Part shown: in pieces, positions 10,781 to 10,782 of the stretch
How the letters are laid out: each line of letters opens with the position of its first letter
Numbering within the stretch: the first letter of the stretch is position 1
Translations under genes and position numbers: made by a program
Notes under the pieces: generated by a model
What the model was told of the DNA's origin: nothing
What the model saw: the letters and a program-made list of their open reading frames with translations, nothing else
Database searches by the model: none
From: Aquificaceae bacterium
Lineage (GTDB): Bacteria > Aquificota > Aquificia > Aquificales > Aquificaceae
Assembly: GCA_039630345.1 (NCBI GenBank)
Contig: JBCNVD010000004.1
Span: 1-10,782, forward strand
Direction of reading: 5' to 3'
Length of the DNA stretch: 10,782 bases

Positions 10781-10782
10781 GA

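Noticed and set aside
10591..10782. 63-aa plus-strand ORF at the right edge
   Set aside because: Antisense to the well-supported oxidoreductase N-terminus.

Overview
A very densely packed, moderately AT-rich bacterial chromosomal segment, most likely Aquificaceae (ThiL closely resembles Aquifex aeolicus ThiL as I recall it). It holds ten CDSs. Minus strand, left block: GT4 glycosyltransferase > Fe-S DinG/YoaA-family helicase > pteridine-reductase-like SDR > a divergent QueC-like PP-loop protein that runs off the left edge and is missing from the ORF track. Plus strand: UDP-glucuronate 4-epimerase-like gene > pyrG. Minus strand, right block: Gfo/Idh/MocA oxidoreductase > thiL > pyruvate carboxylase/oxaloacetate decarboxylase carboxyltransferase-biotin subunit > orphan OmpR/PhoB regulator. 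I saw no RNA genes, mobile elements or CRISPR arrays. Most genes are housekeeping. The best leads are: (1) an atypical QueC paralog overlapping a pteridine reductase gene, possibly an uncharacterised pterin/deazapurine pathway; (2) near-consensus -10 boxes 6-11 nt before start codons that lack a Shine-Dalgarno, suggesting leaderless or near-leaderless transcription; (3) a 21-bp symmetric divergent promoter region; (4) substitutions at normally conserved residues in the carboxyltransferase and in DinG. All functional calls come from motif recognition only; no searches were run.
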